From the NCBI GenBank assembly GCA_964536205.1, contig CAZHVT010000007.1:1054-44012 (forward strand): a DNA stretch of 42,959 bases, given 5' to 3'. This DNA comes from an uncultured Gammaproteobacteria bacterium. GTDB taxonomy: Bacteria > Patescibacteriota > Patescibacteriia > Magasanikbacterales > GCA-002688135. The translations under genes were made by a program, and so were the position numbers. The notes under the pieces were generated by a model that searched no databases, had not been told where the DNA came from, and saw only the letters and a list, made by a program, of their open reading frames with translations. Of this stretch, positions 35,578 through 42,959 are shown piece by piece. How positions within the stretch are numbered: the stretch's first letter is position 1; every line of letters starts with the position of its first letter.

Positions 35578-36648
35578 ATGAAAAAAGAACTTGATAAAAT
35601 TAAGAATGCCGCCCTAAAAGCTGCTGAAAAAGCGAATGGTGTAGATGCATTACAAGATGTGCGTGTGCAGTTTTTGGGTCGTAAAGGAGAGCTAACGAAA
35701 TTGTTAAAGGGTTTGAAAGATTTGGATGGTGATGCGCGAAAGGAAATGGGGCAGGCGGCAAATGCAGTGAAAGAAGACGTTGAGGCTGCACTTGTTGCGC
35801 GCGAGTCCGCATTAGAGAAGGCTCGGTTTGATGCGATTGCGCAGGAGGAGTGGATTGATGTGACGGCGCCGGGGACTGCGACTCAAGCAGGGAGTTTACA
35901 TTTGGTGACACAAACAATTAACAAGATTGTAGATATTTTTGCATCGATTGGATTTTCGCGTGTTGCTGCACCAGAAGTTGATTGGGATTATTATGCGTTT
36001 GAAGCTTTGAATATGCCGAAGGAGCATCCAGCGCGTGATGATTGGGAAACGTTTTTTATCCATGAACCACAAGGGTACACGGCAGGTGATGAAGAGGTTT
36101 CGCAAAAATATGGTAAGCAGGTTTTGACTCCGCATACCTCCAATGCGCAAGTTCGATTATTGGAAGAGCATGATGTGCCGTTGAAAGTGATTAATATTGC
36201 GCGTGTGTATCGACGACAGGCAGACGCATCGCATGTGCCGATGTTTCATCAAGTAGAGGGATTTTGTGTGGGTGATGCAATTACGATTGCGGATTTGAAG
36301 GGGACTGTTGAATATTTTTTACATTCGTTTTTTGGACAAGATCGGAAGATTCGATATCGTCCCTATGATTTTCGATTTACTGAACCTTCGTTTGAGATTG
36401 ATATTGATTGTGATGTGTGTGGTGGTACGGGACATGAGTGCCGTGTGTGTAAAGGTGGTTGGGTTGAATTGGCTGGGGCAGGTTTGACGCATCCACATGT
36501 TTTGAAATGTGGTGGTGTTGATCCGGAGAAATATAGTGCGTTTGCGTTTGGGTTTGGTGTTGAGCGAATTGCGATGATGAAAGGGGTGTCGATTCCTGAT
36601 ATGCGCATGTTGTATCAGAATGATCTTCGATTCCTTAAACAATTTTAA
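35578..36648 (+). CDS. pheS: Phenylalanine-tRNA ligase alpha subunit
   Basis: FEALNMPKEHPARD, HTS, FHQVEG, FRFTEPS, FAFGFGVER; start at ATG 35578. Confidence 0.97.
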   Translation: MKKELDKIKNAALKAAEKANGVDALQDVRVQFLGRKGELTKLLKGLKDLDGDARKEMGQAANAVKEDVEAALVARESALEKARFDAIAQEEWIDVTAPGTATQAGSLHLVTQTINKIVDIFASIGFSRVAAPEVDWDYYAFEALNMPKEHPARDDWETFFIHEPQGYTAGDEEVSQKYGKQVLTPHTSNAQVRLLEEHDVPLKVINIARVYRRQADASHVPMFHQVEGFCVGDAITIADLKGTVEYFLHSFFGQDRKIRYRPYDFRFTEPSFEIDIDCDVCGGTGHECRVCKGGWVELAGAGLTHPHVLKCGGVDPEKYSAFAFGFGVERIAMMKGVSIPDMRMLYQNDLRFLKQF

Positions 36649-36649
36649 T

Positions 36650-36985
36650 ATGAATGTATTACTTTTATTCATCGTTCAAGCAACATACTCGCTTTCTGAT
36701 TTAGGTAAGAAGGTGTATGTAGAAAAAATTGGGTGGAGTTGGAGTTTGTTGAAAAGTCTGCCTTTCATTGTGATTATGGCAGTGCCGTTTTTTGCTTTAG
36801 CTCTACAGGTGTATGTGTTGAGTCGATATGAGTTATCTAAGACGATGATTACATTAGGTGTTTTGAATGTTGTGTTCGCAACGGGATTGGGTGTGATGGT
36901 GTTGAAAGAAAAATTATCTACTTTAAATTATGTAGGGGTTGTGTGTGCGGTATTGGCTGTTATTCTTTTGAATATAAAACAATAG
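36650..36985 (+). CDS. Small multi-TM protein, SMR/EamA-like
   Basis: Four hydrophobic segments; G..VLKEKLS..YVG motif typical of the DMT superfamily. Confidence 0.7.
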   Translation: MNVLLLFIVQATYSLSDLGKKVYVEKIGWSWSLLKSLPFIVIMAVPFFALALQVYVLSRYELSKTMITLGVLNVVFATGLGVMVLKEKLSTLNYVGVVCAVLAVILLNIKQ

Positions 36986-36986
36986 T

Positions 36987-39323
36987 ATGGAAATGTTTGC
37001 GTCGTATTCGTGGCTTAAGGATTTAACTGGTACAAAAAAATCTGCTGAGCATGTTGCAGATGTTTTAAGTTTGCATGGATCGACAGTTGAGCATGTGGTT
37101 GATTGGGGGGCAAAATTTGAAGATATGGTTGTGGGGGAGATTATTGAAGTTAATCCACATCCAAATGCAGATAAATTGAAGTTGTGTGTGACTGATATTG
37201 GCAAGAAAAAAGTGCAGATTGTGTGTGGTGGTGCGAATGTTGCACAGGGCATGAAAGTTGCTGTTGCGTTGCCTGGTGCATCGGTTGTGTGGCATGGAGA
37301 AGGCGAGCCGGTTGTTTTAGAGGAAACGAAAATTCGTGGTGAGGAAAGTTATGGGATGATTTGTGGAGCAAGTGAGATTTTTTTGGAGAAATTGATTTCC
37401 CATGGTGAAAAGGATATTGCGGATATTTCTTATGTGGAAGCGAAGGCCGGGACTCCGCTTGCGAAAGCTTTGGGGTTGGATGATACGGTTTTTGAAATCG
37501 AAGTGACAAGTAATCGCGTTGATGTGATGAGTATGGAGGGGGTTGCGCGTGAGGTTATGGCGATTGAAGGAAAGACATATGACTTGAAAAAAACGAAGCC
37601 GATAAAAGCTGGGAAAGAGAAGTTGAAAGTGAGTGTGAAAGATGTAAAATTATGTCCGCGTTATCAGGCTGTGAAGATTGATGGTGTGAATATTGGGCCG
37701 TCACCAGACTGGATGCAGAGTGCATTGTTGAAGGCTGGTGTGAAATCTATTAACAATCTTGTGGATATTTCTAATTATGTGATGATGGAGATGGGTCAGC
37801 CGTTGCATGCGTTTGATGCAGCAAAGGTTGATGAGATTGTAGTTCGCAACGCGAAGGTAGGTGAGAAGCTTGAAGCGCTCGACGATAATACATATGAATT
37901 GGATCCATCGATGTTGGTGATTGCAGATTCTAGTAAACCGATTGCATTGGCTGGGGTGATGGGTGGTGCGCCAACAGGGATTTCGGATTCGACTACTTCG
38001 GTGATTTGGGAGGCAGCGAATTTTGAGAAAGTTACGGTTCGAAAAGGTGCGCGATCTATTTTGTTATTTTCTGAATCGCAAATGCGTTTTGAAAAAGGTT
38101 TGTCGATGTTTTCTACGCAGCGTGCTTTGGAACGCGCGGTGGAATTAACATTGGAATTGGCTGGGGGTTCTGTTGTCAGTGAGGTTGTGGATACTGCGAA
38201 ATCTTCGTATAAGCCATTAACGTATGATTTTGATACCGCAGATATTGAACGGCTCGCAGGATTTTTAATTGATGAAAAAGATGCGAAAGCTTCGTTGGAG
38301 AGATTAGGATTTAAAGTAAGTGGGAGCAAAACATGGAAGGTTGAAGTTCCGTTTTGGCGCGATGGTGATATTGAGGATTCGCGAGATTTTGTTGAGGAGA
38401 TTGCGCGATTGTATGGATATGATAATATTGCGGGGACGATTCCGATGGGAGTTTCAGAAGTTCAGACCGATCCATTGTTTGGATTGCGAAAAAATTTGGA
38501 ACAGTTTTTGGTTGGGAAGGGATTTTCTGAAATGATTAATTATTCGTTTGTTGGTGAGGATGATCTTACAAAAGCTGGGGAGCCTTTGCATAAAGCTGTG
38601 CGTATTTTGAATCCTCTTTCTGTTGAAGGTGAGTATATGCGGACGTCTTTGATTCCAAGTGTGCTGCTTTCGATTGCGCGAAATACATCTCACACAAATT
38701 CCGCTCGATTATTTGAGATTGCGAATGTGTATGAGAAGCAAGAGGGATTGCCGAAAGAGGAATTGCGATTGGTGTGTGCTGTTTGGAGTGCGAAATCTAA
38801 AACTCCACTGTTTTATGATTTGAAGGGTGTGTTTGGTGAGTTGTTGGTTGGATATGAATCTTGTGAACATGGTATGTTGCATCCAGGACGAAGTGCGGAA
38901 ATTAAAGATGTGGGGGTTATGGGGGAGGTTCATCCACATGTGTTGAAACAGTTTGATATTGAAGGTTCTGTGGCGGTATGTGAGTTTTCGATGGAAGGTT
39001 TGGCGGCGAATCTCGTGGCGCGAGATACATTTCAAGCGATTCCAGAATTTCCGGGAGTAAAGCGAGATATTGCATTTTATGTTGATAAAAAAGTTTTATA
39101 TAAAGATTTGGAAGATGCGATTTCTGGTGCGCATGAGTTAATTTCTGATGTGGATCTATTTGATATCTACGAAGGCAAAGGGGTTCCTGAAGGCAAAAAA
39201 TCAATGGCGTTCCACATCGAATATCTTAATCCAGAAAAAACTCTCTCAATGGAAGAAGCCGACGCAGCTCACAACGCATTAGAAAAATCCCTCAAAAAAC
39301 TCGGCGCAGAGGTGCGAAAATAG
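36987..39323 (+). CDS. pheT: Phenylalanine-tRNA ligase beta subunit
   Basis: HPNADKL, IVCGG.N, TSNRVD, FEKG, EEIARLYGY, RDIA, FDX-ACB C-terminus. Confidence 0.97.
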   Translation: MEMFASYSWLKDLTGTKKSAEHVADVLSLHGSTVEHVVDWGAKFEDMVVGEIIEVNPHPNADKLKLCVTDIGKKKVQIVCGGANVAQGMKVAVALPGASVVWHGEGEPVVLEETKIRGEESYGMICGASEIFLEKLISHGEKDIADISYVEAKAGTPLAKALGLDDTVFEIEVTSNRVDVMSMEGVAREVMAIEGKTYDLKKTKPIKAGKEKLKVSVKDVKLCPRYQAVKIDGVNIGPSPDWMQSALLKAGVKSINNLVDISNYVMMEMGQPLHAFDAAKVDEIVVRNAKVGEKLEALDDNTYELDPSMLVIADSSKPIALAGVMGGAPTGISDSTTSVIWEAANFEKVTVRKGARSILLFSESQMRFEKGLSMFSTQRALERAVELTLELAGGSVVSEVVDTAKSSYKPLTYDFDTADIERLAGFLIDEKDAKASLERLGFKVSGSKTWKVEVPFWRDGDIEDSRDFVEEIARLYGYDNIAGTIPMGVSEVQTDPLFGLRKNLEQFLVGKGFSEMINYSFVGEDDLTKAGEPLHKAVRILNPLSVEGEYMRTSLIPSVLLSIARNTSHTNSARLFEIANVYEKQEGLPKEELRLVCAVWSAKSKTPLFYDLKGVFGELLVGYESCEHGMLHPGRSAEIKDVGVMGEVHPHVLKQFDIEGSVAVCEFSMEGLAANLVARDTFQAIPEFPGVKRDIAFYVDKKVLYKDLEDAISGAHELISDVDLFDIYEGKGVPEGKKSMAFHIEYLNPEKTLSMEEADAAHNALEKSLKKLGAEVRK

Positions 39324-39378
39324 TTTATCACCAGTTTTGTTTTGTGATTAAGGGGAGTTTCCTTTATAATGTGTTTAT

Positions 39379-39687
39379 ATGATTGAATCGTCGAAAGATA
39401 TTTTATATGTTGTGTTGGCATTTGCTGCTTTGTGGGTGGCGATTTTTTTGTGCTGGACGTTGTATTATGTGGGGCGATTGATCAAAAATGCAAATGAAGT
39501 TATGGAAGAGGTTCGTGAATATGGTGGGCGATTGGATGAGGCGGTGCGATCGATTCGAGATCGGATGGAGACAGTTGCTGGTGGGATGAGTGTTGTGGCT
39601 ACTGGGATTACGAAGGTTGTTGGGAAGGCGATTGAGAAACGGTTTGGGGAGGAAGAGAAGCCGAAGAGGAAAACTAAGAAGAAGTAG
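39379..39687 (+). CDS. Small membrane-anchored coiled-coil protein
   Basis: N-terminal TM then an amphipathic helix; TATAAT 8 nt upstream of the ATG. Confidence 0.7.
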   Translation: MIESSKDILYVVLAFAALWVAIFLCWTLYYVGRLIKNANEVMEEVREYGGRLDEAVRSIRDRMETVAGGMSVVATGITKVVGKAIEKRFGEEEKPKRKTKKK

Positions 39688-39689
39688 AT

Positions 39690-39717
39690 GAGAATAGAGA
39701 ATTGAGAATACAGAATT
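39690..39717. repeat. Heptamer tandem repeat
   Basis: GAGAATA GAGAATT GAGAATA CAGAATT. Confidence 0.6.
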
Positions 39718-39775
39718 AAGGGAAATCGCTCGCGCGGTTTTTTTGTATGCAAGATTATGAAGGATCATGTGTAAC

Positions 39776-39799
39776 AAAAAACCAGCCGTAGCTGGTGTT
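39776..39799 (-). terminator. Intrinsic terminator of the RHH gene
   Basis: ACCAGC-TACG-GCTGGT followed by a T-tract on the minus strand. Confidence 0.7.
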
Positions 39800-39800
39800 C

Positions 39801-40013
39801 TTAGTCAATGTATATAATTATTTTCTCATCATTTTCATTGCGGATGATGAGTGCTCCGTCATCGTTTGTAAATTTTCGTAATCGACGCATTTGTTTGAGT
39901 GAACTTCTTACGACTTGTGCTCTTGAGGCGGCGTTCAAGGATTCTACATCATTATCTAATGCATCTACTTCTGATTGTGTAAAATCAAACTGGAGACGTT
40001 TTTTTGTACTCAT
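39801..40013 (-). CDS. Ribbon-helix-helix (CopG-like) DNA-binding protein
   Basis: KRLQFDF beta ribbon, LD, SRAQVVRSSL helix; GGAGG SD. Confidence 0.7.
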   Translation of the reverse strand: MSTKKRLQFDFTQSEVDALDNDVESLNAASRAQVVRSSLKQMRRLRKFTNDDGALIIRNENDEKIIIYID

Positions 40014-40124
40014 TGATTGATTTTCCTCCCAGATTGTTATGTTGAGATTTAAGCAGATTCTTATGTATGTGTCAAGATTTGTGCACATTGATGTGAGATT
40101 GGAGAGGGTGTAAGATTACTCTTC

Positions 40125-42959
40125 ATGGAGAATAATTCTGAGGAGAAATTCGTGCATTTGCATGTGCATTCCCATTTTTCGTTGTTGACGGGATTGCCGA
40201 AAATTAAGGAGTTGGTGAAAACCGCGAAAGCGCGGGGATTTTCGAGTTTGGCGCTGACGGATTATGGGAGCATGTATGGGATGATTAAGTTTTTTGAGAC
40301 GTGTCAAAAGGAAGAAGTGAAGCCGATTGTGGGGTGTGAAGTGTTTGTGGCGGTGGATACGCGATTTGATAAACGTCATAAAATTGATAATCGGGCTGCG
40401 CATTTGGTTTTGTTGGCAGAGAATTTTGAGGGGTATCGGAATTTGATGCAGCTTTCGAGTCTAGGGCATTTGGAAGGTTTTTATTATCGGCCTCGTGTTG
40501 ATCGTGAGTTGTTGCAGAAATATTCTAATGGTGTGATTGCGCTTTCCGGATGTATGGGTGGAGAGGTTCCGCAATTGATTGCGCAAGGCGCTGATGATGA
40601 GCGGGTTGATGAAAAAATTAAATGGTATGTTGATTGTTTTGGAAAGGAAAATTTCTTTTTGGAGTTGCAAGATCATCCGGAAAAGGAAGGGCAGATGAAT
40701 GTGAACAATGCGTTGATTGAGGCGGGGAAGCGTAATGATGTGGGGATTGTAGTGACGCGGGATGTGCATTATTTGAATTCTGATGATAATGAGGCGCAGG
40801 ATATTTTGGGGTGTATTAAGGATGGTCGTCATGTTGATCAGCCTGGGCGATTTACCATGCGGCATGTGGATCGATCGCTCAATACTGCAGAAGATATTGC
40901 GAGTCGGTTTGGGCATGTGCCGGAGGCAATGGAAAATACGGTGAAGATTGCAGCGCGTTGTAATGTTGAGATTCCGTTGGGGAAGTGGCATTTTCCTGAT
41001 TATAAAATTCCGGAAGGTACGACGCATAAGAGTGAGTTGAATCGTTTGGTGTATGAAGGTTTGCGTGATAAATATTCGGAGGAGAAACAGAAGGAATATA
41101 CGGAGCGTGTTGAATATGAATTGAAGATTATTAATGATCGTGGATATGCGCCGTATTTTTTGGTGGTGTCTGATTTTTTGAAATGGGCGAAGGAAAATAA
41201 AGTGGTGACGACGACGCGAGGTTCAGCGGCGGGTTCTTTGGTTAGCTATTGTATTGATATTACGAATATTGATCCAATGCATTATAAGTTGCCGTTTGAG
41301 CGATTTTTGAATCCGTTTCGACCGAGTCCGCCGGATGTTGATGCGGATATTGCGGATTATCGTCGGGGTGAAGTGATTAAGTATGTGACGGAGAAATATG
41401 GTGCTGATAAGGTTGCCCAAATTTGTACGTTTGGAACGATGGCTGCGCGTGCGAGTTTGCGGGATTGTGGTCGTGCATTGGGGATGTCGTATGGTCGTGT
41501 TGATCAGATTGCAAAATTAGTGCCGATGGGTTCGCAAGGTTTTCCGATGACGTTGAAAACAGCTTTGGAAATTACACCAGATTTGAAAAAGGTGTATGAC
41601 GAGGATAAGGAGGTGAAGCGGTTGATTGATTTGGCGCAGAAGATTGAGGGGTGCGCGCGACATGTCAGTGTGCATGCGGCTGGTGTGGTGATTTCGCCGA
41701 CGCCGTTGGTTGATTATACGCCGTTGCAACGCGAGCCGGGTGGGGAGAAAGTTGTGACGCAATATGAAATGAAATCTGTTGAGAATGCAGGTGTGTTGAA
41801 AATGGATTTCTTGGGATTGCGAAATTTGTCGATTTTGGAGGAGGCGATGCGTTATATTAAGAAGACACGTGATGTTGATATTGATTTAGAGAATATTCCT
41901 CTTGATGATACAAAAACCTTTGAAATGTTGTCGCGTGGGGAAACGCAGGGTGTGTTTCAGTTGAGTGGTGCGGGGATGACGCGATATTTGAAAGATCTTC
42001 AGCCGGAAAAGATTACTGATATCATGGCGATGGTGGCGCTGTATCGTCCAGGGCCGATGGAGATGATTCCGGAATATATTGCGCGTAAACGTGATCCATC
42101 GAAAGTGACATATTTGGATCCGCGTTTGAAAGATATTTTGGATATGTCGTATGGGATTATTACGTATCAGGATGATGTGTTGTTAACGGCGATTCATTTG
42201 GCTGGGTATAACTGGGGTGAGGCGGATAAATTGCGAAAAGCGATGGGTAAGAAAATTCCGGAGGAGATGGCGAAGCAGAAAATTAAGTTTTATGAGGGTG
42301 CGATTTCTGGCGGGATGACAAAAGAAAAAGTCAATGAATTGTGGAAACAAATTGAACCTTTTGCCGCCTATGGTTTTAATAAAGCGCATGCTTGCAGTTA
42401 TGGCATGGTGGCGTATCAGACGGCGTATTTGAAGGCGAATTATCCGGAGGAGTATATGGCGGCGGTGCTTTCTTGCGAGTCGCATGATTTGGATAAAGTT
42501 GCGGTGAATGTGCATGAATGTGAGACGATGGGGATTGAGGTGTTGCCGCCAGATGTGAATGAGAGTTTTAAATTGTTTGGTGTGGTGACGGAGGCTGATC
42601 AGCCTCGTATTCGTTTCGGGTTGGGTGCAGTGAAGAATGTTGGTGCGCATATTACGGAGGTCATTATTTCCGAGCGGAAAGAAGGTGGGAAGTTTGCAGA
42701 TTTGGAGGATTTTTTGACGCGTGTGCGAGATAAAGATTTGAATAAAAAATCTGTGGAGAGTTTGATTAAATGTGGAGCGATGGATTGTTTTGGCGAACGA
42801 AATGTTTTGTTGGGAAATTTAGAGAGGATTTTGATTTTTTCAAAGGAGATTGGCGAGATTCAGTTTTCGCAGCAGTCGAGTTTGTTTGGTGGGGATTTGG
42901 GGGGGATGAAGATTACGCTCGATTCGGCTGAGCCTTTGATTGAGTCTGAAATGTTGGCC
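40125..42959 (+). CDS. dnaE: DNA polymerase III alpha subunit, 3'-truncated by the window edge
   Basis: Translated by eye: FVHLHVHSHFSLL, ALTD, RGSAAGS, FERFLNP.R.SPPDVDAD, KMDFLGL, ALYRPGP, YGFNKAH. Absent from the ORF track because there is no stop in the window. Confidence 0.96.
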   Translation, partial: MENNSEEKFVHLHVHSHFSLLTGLPKIKELVKTAKARGFSSLALTDYGSMYGMIKFFETCQKEEVKPIVGCEVFVAVDTRFDKRHKIDNRAAHLVLLAENFEGYRNLMQLSSLGHLEGFYYRPRVDRELLQKYSNGVIALSGCMGGEVPQLIAQGADDERVDEKIKWYVDCFGKENFFLELQDHPEKEGQMNVNNALIEAGKRNDVGIVVTRDVHYLNSDDNEAQDILGCIKDGRHVDQPGRFTMRHVDRSLNTAEDIASRFGHVPEAMENTVKIAARCNVEIPLGKWHFPDYKIPEGTTHKSELNRLVYEGLRDKYSEEKQKEYTERVEYELKIINDRGYAPYFLVVSDFLKWAKENKVVTTTRGSAAGSLVSYCIDITNIDPMHYKLPFERFLNPFRPSPPDVDADIADYRRGEVIKYVTEKYGADKVAQICTFGTMAARASLRDCGRALGMSYGRVDQIAKLVPMGSQGFPMTLKTALEITPDLKKVYDEDKEVKRLIDLAQKIEGCARHVSVHAAGVVISPTPLVDYTPLQREPGGEKVVTQYEMKSVENAGVLKMDFLGLRNLSILEEAMRYIKKTRDVDIDLENIPLDDTKTFEMLSRGETQGVFQLSGAGMTRYLKDLQPEKITDIMAMVALYRPGPMEMIPEYIARKRDPSKVTYLDPRLKDILDMSYGIITYQDDVLLTAIHLAGYNWGEADKLRKAMGKKIPEEMAKQKIKFYEGAISGGMTKEKVNELWKQIEPFAAYGFNKAHACSYGMVAYQTAYLKANYPEEYMAAVLSCESHDLDKVAVNVHECETMGIEVLPPDVNESFKLFGVVTEADQPRIRFGLGAVKNVGAHITEVIISERKEGGKFADLEDFLTRVRDKDLNKKSVESLIKCGAMDCFGERNVLLGNLERILIFSKEIGEIQFSQQSSLFGGDLGGMKITLDSAEPLIESEMLA

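Noticed and set aside
40116-42650. Minus-strand ORFs in the last 3 kb, and similar antisense ORFs throughout
   Set aside because: These are shadows of dnaE and other real genes, favoured by the strong G/T strand bias; they show no protein motifs.
1-42959. Alternative genetic code (TGA as Gly or Trp)
   Set aside because: Conserved genes are intact under code 11, and comF and radA end at TGA at their expected C-termini.
40125-42959. Intein or split gene in dnaE
   Set aside because: Conserved motifs follow at normal spacing, including an uninterrupted YGFNKAH region; the gene is simply cut by the window edge.

Overview
A 43-kb chromosomal segment that looks like a Patescibacteria (CPR, Parcubacteria/ABY1-like) genome. 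This taxonomy is inferred from gene content: a minimal PrgI/VirB4/VirB6 type IV secretion cluster, T4SS-pilin fusion proteins, tRNA-Arg(GCG) and mostly SD-less core genes. The genetic code is standard, with TGA used as stop. Core genes: mltG (partial), queA, tgt, comF, recG, radA, clpC, htpX, lemA, a phosphomannomutase, an S11 D-Ala-D-Ala peptidase, rseP, pheS, pheT and dnaE (partial), plus tRNA-Arg(GCG) and tRNA-Ser(GCT). Accessory content: a HigBA-type TA pair inside lemA-htpX, a short GIY-YIG nuclease, a Zn-finger repeat protein, an RHH protein and several small membrane proteins. Four signals stand out. (1) Diverged duplications of gene ends (recG tail, radA tail, radA head, tRNA-Arg) place two alleles of the same gene junction in tandem. 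(2) Three 125-165 nt rod-like hairpins all pair better on the minus strand through G-U pairs, and one interrupts a tRNA copy. (3) Two paralogous secreted proteins share a Cys-rich module and a T4SS-pilin domain but carry different cell-wall-hydrolase-like domains. (4) Small orphan genes have SD motifs while most core genes lack them. All calls come from reading the sequence by eye; no searches or folding programs were run.
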